Shown piece after piece: positions 1 to 12,233 of a stretch of 64,000 nucleotides of DNA (the first letter of the stretch is position 1; every line of letters begins with the position of its first letter). The position numbers were made by a program, and so were the translations under genes. Source of the DNA: the human T2T-CHM13v2.0 reference genome, Homo sapiens; the NCBI RefSeq assembly GCF_009914755.1, contig NC_060940.1; one strand, given 5' to 3'. The notes below the pieces were generated by a model. That model was not told the origin of the DNA, did no database searches, and worked only from the letters and a program-made list of their open reading frames with translations.

Positions 1-3000
1 ATTCTATTCCATTCGATGATGATTCCATTCGAGTCCAATCGATCATTCCATTCGAGTCCATTTAATGATTCCATTGGGTTCAATTCAATGATGATTACAT
101 TGGATTCCGTTCTATGATTCCATTCAATTCCGTTCATTGACAATTTGATTCCATTCGATGATGATTCCATTTGAGTTCATTCGATGATTCTATTCGATTC
201 TCTTCGATGGTGATTCAATTCTATTATATTGGATGATTCCATTCGATTCCATTTGATGTTGATTCAATTCGATTCTATTCGATGATGATTCCATTGGATT
301 TCACTTGATGATTCTATTCGATTCCATTCAATGATGATTCACTTCTCATCCATTGGATGATTCCATTTCATTCCATTCGATGATGATTCCATTCGATTCC
401 ATTCGATGATTCCATTTGATTCCATGCGACGGTGAGCAATTCTATTCAATTCCATGATGATTCTATTTGATTCAATTAGATGATGTTTCCATTCGAATCC
501 ATTCCATGATTATTCCATTGGAATCCATTCGGCGATGATTCCATATGAGTCAATTCAATGACGATTCCATATGGGTCCGTTCGATGATAATTCCATTTGA
601 TTTCATTCGATGCTTCTATTCAATTCCAGTTGATGATGATTCCGTTGGAGTCCATACGATGATTCCATTTGATTTCATTTGATGATGATTCCATTCGATT
701 CCATTCGATGATGATTACATTGGATTCCATTCTATGATTCCATTCAATTCCATTCGTTGATGATTCGATTCCCTTGAATGATGATTCCACTTGAGTTCAT
801 TCAATGATTCTATTCGATTCCGTTCGATGGTGATTCAATTCTCTTATATTGGATGATTCCACTCGATTCCATTTGATGATTATTCCATTGGAGTCCACTT
901 AGTGAATCCTTTAGATTCTACTCGAAGATGATTCCATTCGAGTCCATTCGATGATACCATTCAATTCCATTCGTTGATGCTTCCATTCAAGTGCATTCGA
1001 TGATATCATTCGATTCCATTTGATGATAATTCCATTTGATTCCATGCGATGATTCTATTCGATTCCATTCAATGATAATTCCATTCACTTCAGTGATTCC
1101 TCTGGACTCCATTTGATGATGATTCCATTCAATGATTCCATTCGATTCTATTCGAAAATGATTCCATTTGAATCCATTTGATGATGATTCCATTAGATTC
1201 CATTTGATGATTCCATTCGATTCCATTCGACGATGATTCCATTCGATTCCATTTGATGATTCCATTCTATTCTATTCGATGATGATTCCATTCGATTCCA
1301 TTCGATGATGATTGGATTCGATTCCATTTGATGACTTCATTTGATTCCATTCGTTAATGATTTCGATCAATTCCATTCGATGATTCCATTCGATTCCATT
1401 CGATAATGATTACATCCGAGTCCATTCGATGATTCCATTTGAGCCCGTTCGATAATTCCATTTGAGTCCAATCAATGATTCCATTCATTTCCATTCAATG
1501 ATTCCATTCGAGTCCATTTGATCATTCCGGTAGGGTCCATTCGATGTTGATTCCATTGGAGTGCATTCGATGATTCCATTCGAGTCCATTTTAGGATTTG
1601 ATTCGAGACCTTTCGATGATTCCATTCGACTCCACTCGATGATGATTTCATTCGAGTCCATTCGACACTTCCAATCTATTCCATTTGATGTTTCTTTTCG
1701 AGTCCAATTGATGATTCCATTCAATTCCATTCGATGATGATTCCGTACGGTTCCATTCTGTGATGATTCCATGTGATTGCATTCAATGATGATTCCTTTC
1801 GATTGCATTCGATTATGATTCATTTCGTGTTCATTCTATGGTTCCACAGGTTTCCATTCGTGTCCATTCCATTATTCCATTCTATTCCATTTGATGATGA
1901 TTCCATTCGATTCCACTCATTGGTGATTCCACTCAATTCCATTCAATGATTCCATTCCATTTTTTTCAACAATGATTCCATTAGTTTCTAATCGATGATC
2001 CACTTGATTCCATTTGACGACGATTCCATTCTTGTCCATTCGATGATTCCATTTGATTCCATATGATGATGATTCCATTCGATTCCATACGATGATGATT
2101 CCATTCGAGTCCATTCAATGGTGATTCCATTCAATTCCATTCGATGATTCCTTTCGATTCCATTCGATGATGATGGCATTCGATTCCTTTCAATCATTCC
2201 CTTTGATTCCATTCAAAGGTGATTTCATTCAAGTCCATTCGATAATTGCATTCGATTCCATTCTATGATGATTCCATTCGAGTCCATTTGATGATTCCAT
2301 TCAATTCAAGTCAATGATGATTCCATTCGATTCCATTCGATGATTCCATTGGATTCCATTCGATGATGATTCCATTCAAATCCTTTCGATAATTCAATTC
2401 AAGTCCATTCGATGATGATTCCAATCGAATCCATTCAAAGATTCTATTCAGTTCCATTCGATGATTCCCTTAGATTCCATTCGATGATTCCACTTGATTC
2501 CATTTACGATGATTCCATTCGATTCCATGTGATGATTCCATTCAATTCTATTCAATGATGTGTCCATTTGATTCCATTCGACCATGATTGCCTTTGATTC
2601 CATTCAATGATTCCATTCGGTTCCTTTTGAGGATGATTCCGTTCGATTCCATTTGATGATTCCATTTGATTCCATTGGATGAGTCCATTCGATTACATTC
2701 GATGATTATTCCATTCAAGTGCATTAGATGATTCCATTCGAGTCCATTCGATGATTCCATTCGATTCCATTCGATGTTGATTCTGTTCAAATCCATTCGA
2801 TGATTCCACTCGATTCCATTCGTTGACTCCATTTGATCCCATTCGATGATTTCCTTTGATTCCCTTTGATGATCATTCCATTTGATTCAATTCGGTGATT
2901 TCATTTGATTCCATTCAGTGATGTTTCCATTCGACTCCATTCGATGATGATTCCATTCGACTCCATTCGATTATGATTTCATTCAATTCCATTCGATAAT

Positions 3001-6000
3001 GATTCCCTTCGAGTCCATTCGATGATTCCATTCGATTCCATTCAACGATGATTTGATTCGTGTCCATTCGATGATTCCATTTGATTCCACTTGATGATGA
3101 TTCCATTCGAGTCCATTTGATGATTCCATTCAATTCCATACTCCGATGATTTCTTTTGAGCCCACTCAATGCTTCCACTCGATTCCATATGATGATGACT
3201 CCATTCGATGAAATTCGATGATGATTCCATTCGCTTGCTTTCGATGATGATTCCACTTGAGTCCGTTAGAAGATTCTATTCAATTACATTCCATGACGAT
3301 TCCGTTCGAGTCCATTTGATGATTCCATTAGACTCCATTCGACGATGATTCCATTCGATGTTATTCGATGATTCCATTCGATCTCATTCGATGATGATTC
3401 CATTCAACTCCATTCGATGTTTCCATTCGAGTTCATTCTATTATTCCATTAGATTCCATTCGATGATGATTCCATTCGATTCCATTTGATGATTGCATTC
3501 TATTTCATTTGATGATGATTCCATTCGAGTCCACTCGATGATTCCATTCGAGTCCATTTAATGAATCCATTGGTTTCGATTCTATGATGATTACTTTGGA
3601 TTCCATTCGTTGATGATTTCATTCGGTTCCATTCAATGATGATTCCATTCAATTCCTTTCAATGTTTCCATTCAATTCCATACGATGATGATTCCATTTG
3701 ATTTGATTCGACAGTGAGCCATTCGATTCAATTCCATGATGATTCTATTTGATTCAATTGGTTGACATTTCCATTCGATTCCATTCGATGATGATTCCCT
3801 TTGATTCCGTTCAAAGATGATTCCATTCTAGCCCATTCAATCATTCCATTCGATTCTATTCAATGATGATTCCATTCATGTCGATTTGGTGATTCCATTT
3901 GACTTCATTTGATGATGATTCCTTTCAAGTTCATTAGATGATTCCATTCGATTCCATTTGATGATGATCCCATTCGAGTCCATTCAGTGATTCCATTCGT
4001 TTCCATTCCATGATGATTCCATTCCTTTCCATTCAATGATTCCATTCGATTCCGTTTGATGATGATTTCATTCGAGTCCATTTGATGATTCCATTTGATT
4101 CCATTCGATGATGATTCCATTCGAGTCCATTCGATGATTCTATTCGAATCCATTTGATGATTTCTTTTGATTATATTTGGTGATGATTCCATTGGAGTCC
4201 ATTCAATGATTCCATTCTATTCCAATCGATGATGATTCCATTAGAGTCCATTTAATGTTTCCATTTGATTCCAGTCTCTGATGATTACATTCGAGTCCAT
4301 ACGATGATTCCACTCAATTCCATATGATGATGATTCCATTTGATTCCATTCGGTGATTCCATTCTATTCTATTCAATGGTGATTCCATTCGAGTACATTA
4401 GATGATTCCATTCGATTCCATTCAATGATGATTCTATTTGTGTCCCTTAGATGATTCCACATGATTCCATTAGATGATGATACTATTTGAGCCCATCCAA
4501 TGATTCCCTTCGATTCCATTCGATGAGGATTCCATTCGATTCAATTCATTGGTGATTCTATTCAATTCAATTCTTTGATTCCATTCCATTCCATTCGACA
4601 ATGATTCCATTCGATTTCTTTCGATGATTCCACTCGATTCCACTTGACATTGATTCCATTCGATTCCATTCAATGATTCCATTTGATTCCAGTGGATGAT
4701 GATTGCCATCGATTCCATTCGATCACTCCATTCTATTCCATTTGATGATGATTACATTCGATTCCATTTGATGATTCCATCTGATTCTATTCGAGGATTC
4801 CATTTGATTCCATTCGATGATGATTCCATTCGAGTCCATTCGATGATTTCATTCGAGTACATCCAATGATTCCATTCGAGTCCATTAGATGATTCCATTT
4901 GATTCCATTTGAAAATGATTCTACTAGAGTCCATTCAATGACTCCATTCGAGTCCATTCAACAATTCCATTCGACTCCATTCGATGATTCCATTCGATTC
5001 CATTTGATGGTTCCATTCGAGTCCATTTAATCATTACAGTCGAGTCCATTTGGTGATTCCACTGGATTTCCTTTGATAATGATACCATTCAATTACATTT
5101 GATGATGATCCCATTCAATTTCATTTGATGATGATTCCATTAGAGTCCATTCGATGATTTCATTCGAGTCCCTTCATTGATTCCATCCGATTTCATTGGA
5201 TGATGACTCCATTCGAGTCCATTCGATGATTCCACTCGATTCCATTAGATGACTCCATTGGAGTCCATTTGATTGTTCCATTCGATTCCATTCGATTCCT
5301 TTCGAAGATTATTCCATTTGAGTCCATTCGATGATGATTCCATTCCATTCCATTCGATGATTCCGTTTGATTCCATTCGATGATTCCCTTCGATTCCTTT
5401 CTTTGATGATTCCATTCCATTCCATTCAATGATTCCATTCGAATCTATTCCATGATGATTCCTTTCGATTCCATTCGCTGATGTTTCCGTTCAATTCCAT
5501 TCGATGATGATTCCATTCGATTCCATTCATTGAGGATTCCATTTGATTCCATTCAATGATGATTCCATTCTATTCCATTCAATGATTGCATTCAATTCCA
5601 TTCAATGATTATCCCATTAGAGTAAACTCAACGATTCCATTCAATACCATTCGATGATGATTCCTTTTGAGTCCATTCAATGATTTCATTCAAGTCCATT
5701 TGATGATTCCTTTCAATTCCATTCTATGATGATTCCATTCGAGTCCATTCGATGATTCCATTCGATTGCATTCGATGATTCCATTATATTCCATTCAACG
5801 ATGATTCCATTCGAGTCCATTCGATGATTCCATTAGAGTACATTTAATGATTGCTTTGTTTTCAATTCGAAGATGATTACATTCGATTCCATTCTATGAT
5901 ACCATTCGATTCCATTCAATGATGACTCCACTCAAATCCATTGGATGATTCCAATCGTGTCCATTCGGTGATTTCATTAGATTCCATTCGAGGATGATTC

Positions 6001-6122
6001 CATTCGATTCCATTCGATGATTCCATTCAATTCCATTCGATGATGATTCCATTCCAGTCCATATGATCATTCCATTTGATTTCATTCGATGATGATTCCA
6101 TTCGATTCCATTCGACGATTCC
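1..6122 (+). repeat. Monomer M1 (6,122 bp): diverged haplotype to ~2500, then A-type with rare alleles
   Basis: The window start ATTCTATTCCATTCGATGATGATTCCATTCGAGTCC recurs at 6123. It carries an extra 10 bp at 691-700 and many private SNPs in 1-2450. The monomer phase is arbitrary and set at position 1. Confidence 0.9.
1185..5835 (-). promoter_or_regulatory. Cluster of DUX4 consensus matches (TAATGGAATCA; TGATTCCATTA on +), repeated in every monomer
   Basis: Exact TGATTCCATTA at 1185, 1973, 3320, 4233, 4462, 5132, 5776 and 5825 in M1. These fit the DUX4 motif TAAYBBAATCA on the minus strand. DUX4 is known to bind and activate HSATII, but occupancy at these copies is not shown by the sequence. 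Confidence 0.5.
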
Positions 6123-9100
6123 ATTCTATTCCATTCGATGATGATTCCATTCGAGTCCATTCGATGATTCCATTCGAGTCCATTTAATGATTCCATTGGT
6201 TTCAATTCAAGATGATTACATTGGATTCCGTTCTATGATTCCATTCAATTCCGTTCATTGACAATTTGATTCCATTCGATGATGATTCCATTTGAGTTCA
6301 TTCGATGATTCTATTCGATTCTCTTCGATGGTGATTCAATTCTATTATATTGGATGATTCCATTCGATTCCATTTGATGTTGATTCAATTCGATTCTATT
6401 CGATGATGATTCCATTGGATTTCACTTGATGATTCTATTCGATTCCATTCAATGATGATTCACTTCTCGTCCATTGGATGATTCCATTTCATTCCATTCG
6501 ATGATGATTCCATTCGATTCCATTCGATGATTCCATTTGATTCCATGCGACGGTGAGCAATTCGATTCAATTCCATGATGATTCTATTTGATTCAATTAG
6601 ATGATGTTTCCATTCGAATCCATTCCATGATTATTCCATTGGAATCCATTCGGCGATGATTCCATATGAGTCAATTCAATGATGATTGCATATGGGTCCG
6701 TTCGATGATAATTCCATTTGATTTCATTCGATGCTTCTATTCTATTCCAGTCGATGATGATTCCGTTGGAGTCCATACGATGATTCCACTTGATTTCATT
6801 TCATGATGATTCCATTCGATGACGATTACATTGGATTCCATTCTATGATTCCATTCAATTCCATTCGTTGATGATTCGATTCCATTCAATGATGATTCCA
6901 TTTGAGTTCATTCGATGATTCTATTCGATTCCATTCTATGGTGATTCAATTCCCTTATATTGGATGATTCGACTCGATTCCATTTGATGAATATTCCATT
7001 GGAGTCCACTTAGTGAATCCTTTAGATTCTACTCGACGATGATTCCATTCGAGTCCATTCGATGATACCATTCAATTCCATTCGTTGATGCTTCCATTCA
7101 AGTGCATTCGATGATATCATTCGATTCCATTTGATGATAATTCCATTTGATTCCATGCGATGATTCTATTCGATTCCATTCAATGATAATTCCATTCAAT
7201 TCAGTGATTCCTCTGGACTCCATTTGATGATGATTCCATTCAATGATTCCATTCGATTCTATTCGAAAATGATTCCATTTGAATCCATTTGATGATGATT
7301 CCATTAGATTCCATTTGATGATTCCATTCGATTCCATTCGACGATGATTCCATTCGATTCCGTTTGATGATTCCATTCTATTCTATTCGATGATGATTCC
7401 ATTCGATTCCATTCGATGATGATTGGATTCGATTCCATTTGATGATTTCATTTGATTCCATTCGTTAATGATTTCGATCAATTCCATTCGATGATTCCAT
7501 TCGATTCCATTCGATAATGATTACATCCGAGTCCATTCGATGATTCCCTTTGAGCCTGTTCGATAATTCCATTTGAGTCCAACCAATGATTCCATTCATT
7601 TCCATTCAATGATTCCATTCGAGTCCATTTGATCATTCCGGTAGGGTCCATTCGATGTTGATTCCATTTGAGTGCATTCGATGATTCCATTCGAGTCCAT
7701 TTTAGGATTTGATTCGAGTCCTTTCGATGATTCCATTCGATTCCACTCGATGATGATTTCATTCGAGTCCATTCGACACTTCCAATCGATTCCGTTTGAT
7801 GATTCCATTCGAGTCCAATTGATGATTCCATTCAATTCCATTCGATGATGATTCCGTACGATTCCATTCTGTGATGATTCCATGTGATTGCATTCAATGC
7901 TGATTCCTTTCGATTGCATTCGATTATGATTCATTTCGTGTTCATTCTATGGTTCCACAGGTTTCCATTCGTGTCCATTCCATTATTCCATTCTATTCCA
8001 TTTGATGATGATTCCATTCGATTCCATTCATTGGTGATTCCACTCAATTCCATTCAATGATTCCATTCCATTTCTTTCAACAATGATTCCATTAGTTTCT
8101 AATCGATGATCCACTTGATTCCATTTGACGACGATTCCATTCTTGTCCATTCGATGATTCCATTTGATTCCATATGATGATGATTCCATTCGATTCCATA
8201 CCATGATGATTCCATTCGAGTCCATTCAATGGTGATTCCATTCAATTCCATTCGATGATTCCTTTTGATTCCATTCGATGATGATGGCATTCGATTCCTT
8301 TCAATCATTCCCTTTGATTCCATTCAAAGGTGATTTCATTCAAGTCCATTCGATAATTGCATTCGATTCCATTCTATGATGATTCCATTCGAGTCCATTT
8401 GATGATTCCATTCAATTCAAGTCAATGATGATTCCATTCGATTCCATTCGATGATTCCATTGGATTCCATTCGATGATGATTCCATTCAAATCCATTCGA
8501 TAATTTAATTCAAGTCCATTCGATGATGATTCCAATCGAATCCATTCAAAGATTCCATTCAGTTCCATTCGATGATTCCCTTAGATTCCATTCGATGATT
8601 CCACTTGATTCCATTTACGATGATTCCATTCGATTCAATGTGATGATTCCATTCAATTCTATTCAATGGTGTCTCCATTTGATTCCATTCGACCATGATT
8701 GCCTTTGATTCCATTCAATGATTCCATTCGGTTCCGTTTGATGATGATTCCGTTCGATTCCATTTGATGATTCCATTTGATTCCATTGGATGAGTCCATT
8801 CGATTACATTCGATGATTATTCCATTCGAGTGCATTAGATGATTCCATTCGAGTCCATTCGATGATTCCATTCGATTCCATTCGATGTTGATTCTGTTCA
8901 AATCCATTCGATGATTCCACTCGATTCCATTCGTTGACTCCATTTGATCCCATTCGATGATTTCCTTTGATTCCCTTTGATGATCATTCCATTTGATTCA
9001 ATTCGGTGATTTCATTTGATTCCATTCAGTGATGTTTCCATTCGACTCCATTCGATGATGATTCCATTCGACTCCATTCGATTATGATTTCATTCAATTC

Positions 9101-12100
9101 CATTCGATAATGATTCCCTTCGAGTCCATTCGATGATTCCATTCGATTCCATTCAACGATGATTTGATTCGTGTCCATTCGATGATTCCATTTGATTCCA
9201 CTTGATGATGATTCCATTCGAGTCCATTTGATGATTCCATTCAATTCCATACTCCGATGATTTCTTTTGAGCCCACTCAATGCTTCCACTCGATTCCATA
9301 TGATGATGACTCCATTCGATGAAATTCGATGATGATTCCATTCGCTTGCTTTCGATGATGATTCCACTTGAGTCCGTTAGAAGATTCTATTCAATTACAT
9401 TCCATGACGATTCCGTTCGAGTCCATTTGATGATTCCATTAGACTCCATTCGACGATGATTCCATTCGATGTTATTCGATGATTCCATTCGATCTCATTC
9501 GATGATGATTCCATTCAACTCCATTCGATGTTTCCATTCGAGTTCATTCTATTATTCCATTAGATTCCATTCGATGATGATTCCATTCGATTCCATTTGA
9601 TGATTGCATTCTATTTCATTTGATGATGATTCCATTCGAGTCCACTCGATGATTCCATTCGAGTCCATTTAATGAATCCATTGGTTTCGATTCTATGATG
9701 ATAACATTGGATTCCATTCGTTGATGATTTCATTCGGTTCCATTCAATGATGATTCCATTCAATTCCTTTCAATGTTTCCATTCAATTCCATACGATGAT
9801 GATTCCATTTGATTTGATTCGACAGTGAGCCATTCGATTCAATTCCATGATGATTCTATTTGATTCAATTGGTTGACATTTCCATTCGATTCCATTCGAT
9901 GATGATTCCCTTTGATTCCGTTCAAAGATGATTCCATTCTAGCCCATTCAATCATTCCATTCGATTCTATTCAATGATGATTCCATTCATGTCGATTTGG
10001 TGATTCCATTTGACTTCATTTGATGATGATTCCTTTCAAGTTCATTAGATGATTCCATTCGATTCCATTTGATGATGATCCCATTCGAGTCCATTCAGTG
10101 ATTCCATTCGTTTCCATTCCATGATGATTCCATTCCTTTCCATTCAATGATTCCATTCGATTCCGTTTGATGATGATTTCATTCGAGTCCATTTGATGAT
10201 TCCATTTGATTCCATTCGATGATGATTCCATTCGAGTCCATTCGATGATTCTATTCGAATCCATTTGATGATTTCTTTTGATTATATTTGGTGATGATTC
10301 CATTGGAGTCCATTCAATGATTCCATTCTATTCCAATCGATGATGATTCCATTAGAGTCCATTTAATGATTCCATTTGATTCCAGTCTCTGATGATTACA
10401 TTCGAGTCCATACGATGATTCCACTCAATTCCATATGATGATGATTCCATTCGATTCCATTCGGTGATTCCATTCTATTCTATTCAATGGTGATTCCATT
10501 CGAGTACATTAGATGATTCCATTCGATTCCATTCAATGATGATTCTATTTGTGTCCCTTAGATGATTCCACATGATTCCATTAGATGATGATACTATTTG
10601 AGCCCATCCAATGATTCCCTTCGATTCCATTCGATGAGGATTCCATTCGATTCAATTCATTGGTGATTCTATTCAATTCAATTATTTGATTCCATTCCAT
10701 TCCATTCGACAATGATTCCATTCGATTTCTTTCGATGATTCCACTCGATTCCACTTGACATTGATTCCATTCGATTCCATTCAATGATTCCATTTGATTC
10801 CAGTGGATGATGATTGCCATCGATTCCATTCGATCACTCCATTCTATTCCATTTGATGATGATTACATTCGATTCCATTTGATGATTCCATCTGATTCTA
10901 TTCGAGGATTCCATTTGATTCCATTCGATGATGATTCCATTCGAGTCCATTCGATGATTTCATTCGAGTACATCCAATGATTCCATTCGAGTCCATTAGA
11001 TGATTCCATTTGATTCCATTTGAAAATGATTCTACTAGAGTCCATTCAATGACTCCATTCGAGTCCATTCAACAATTCCATTCGACTCCATTCGATGATT
11101 CCATTCGATTCCATTTGATGGTTCCATTCGAGTCCATTTAATCATTACAGTCGAGTCCATTTGGTGATTCCACTGGATTTCTTTTGATAATGATACCATT
11201 CAATTACATTTGATGATGATCCCATTCAATTTCATTTGATGATGATTCCATTAGACTCCATTCGATGATTTCATTCGAGGCCCTTCATTGATTCCATCCG
11301 ATTTCATTGGATGATGACTCCATTCGAGTCCATTCGATGATTCCACTCGATTCCATTAGATGATTACATTGGAGTCCATTTGATTGTTCCATTCGATTCC
11401 ATTCGATTCCTTTCGAAGATTATTCCATTTGAGTCCATTCGACGATGATTCCATTCCATTCCATTCGATGATTCCGTTTGATTCCATTCGATGATTCCCT
11501 TAGATTCCTTTCTGTGATGATTCCATTCCATTCCATTCAATGATTCCATTCGAATCTATTCCATGATGATTCCTTTCGATTCCATTCGCTGATGTTTCCG
11601 TTCAATTCCATTCGATGATGATTCCATTCGATTCCATTCATTGAGGATTCCATTTGATTCCATTCAATGATGATTCCATTCTATTCCATTCAATGATTGC
11701 ATTCAATTCCATTCAATGATTATCCCCTTAGAGTAAACTCAACGATTCCATTCAATACCATTCGATGATGATTCCTTTTGAGTCCATTCAATGATTTCAT
11801 TCAAGTCCATTTGATGATTCCTTTCAATTCCATTCTATGATGATTCCATTCGAGTCCATTCGATGATTCCATTCGATTGCATTCGATGATTCCATTATAT
11901 TCCATTCAACGGTGATTCCATTCGAGTCCATTCCATGATTCCATTAGAGTACATTTAATGATTGCTTTGTTTTCAATTCGAAGATGATTACATTGGATTC
12001 CATTCTATGATACCATTCGATTCCATTCAATGATGATTCCACTCAAATCCATTGGATGATTCCATTCGTGTCCATTCGGTGATTTCATTAGATTCCATTC

Positions 12101-12233
12101 GAGGATGATTCCATTCGATTCCATTCGATGATTCTATTCAATTCCATTCGATGATGATTCCATTCCAGTCCATATGATCATTCCATTTGATTTCATTCGA
12201 TGATGATTCCATTCGATTTCATTCGATGATTCC
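6123..12233 (+). repeat. Monomer M2 (6,111 bp), B-type with a 1-bp deletion
   Basis: B alleles: TTGCATA ~6687, + strand 61-aa ORF at 8523, ATAACATTGG 9701, GAGGCC 11277. One base is missing after 6210 (TTCAAGATG vs TTCAATGATG). Confidence 0.9.

Noticed and set aside
91-260. ~170-bp internal repeat as alpha satellite or CENP-B-box sequence
   Set aside because: There is no alphoid similarity or CENP-B box by eye. The length match is coincidental and the block is not tandem.
5332-5427. HSat3 or (GGAAT)n array
   Set aside because: Pure CATTC runs reach only about three units. The dominant motif is CATTCGATTC with GATGAT, which is HSat2.
6198-6220. The paired G>T and 1-bp deletion as a conversion from the paralogous motif 340 bp upstream (TTTTCAATTCGAAGATG)
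   Set aside because: The variant resembles but does not match the putative donor, so two linked mutations explain it equally well.
8523-8708. The only + strand ORF (61 aa; also at 20747, 32971, 51306)
   Set aside because: It exists only because B-type SNPs remove stop codons. It is a satellite translation with no coding signal.
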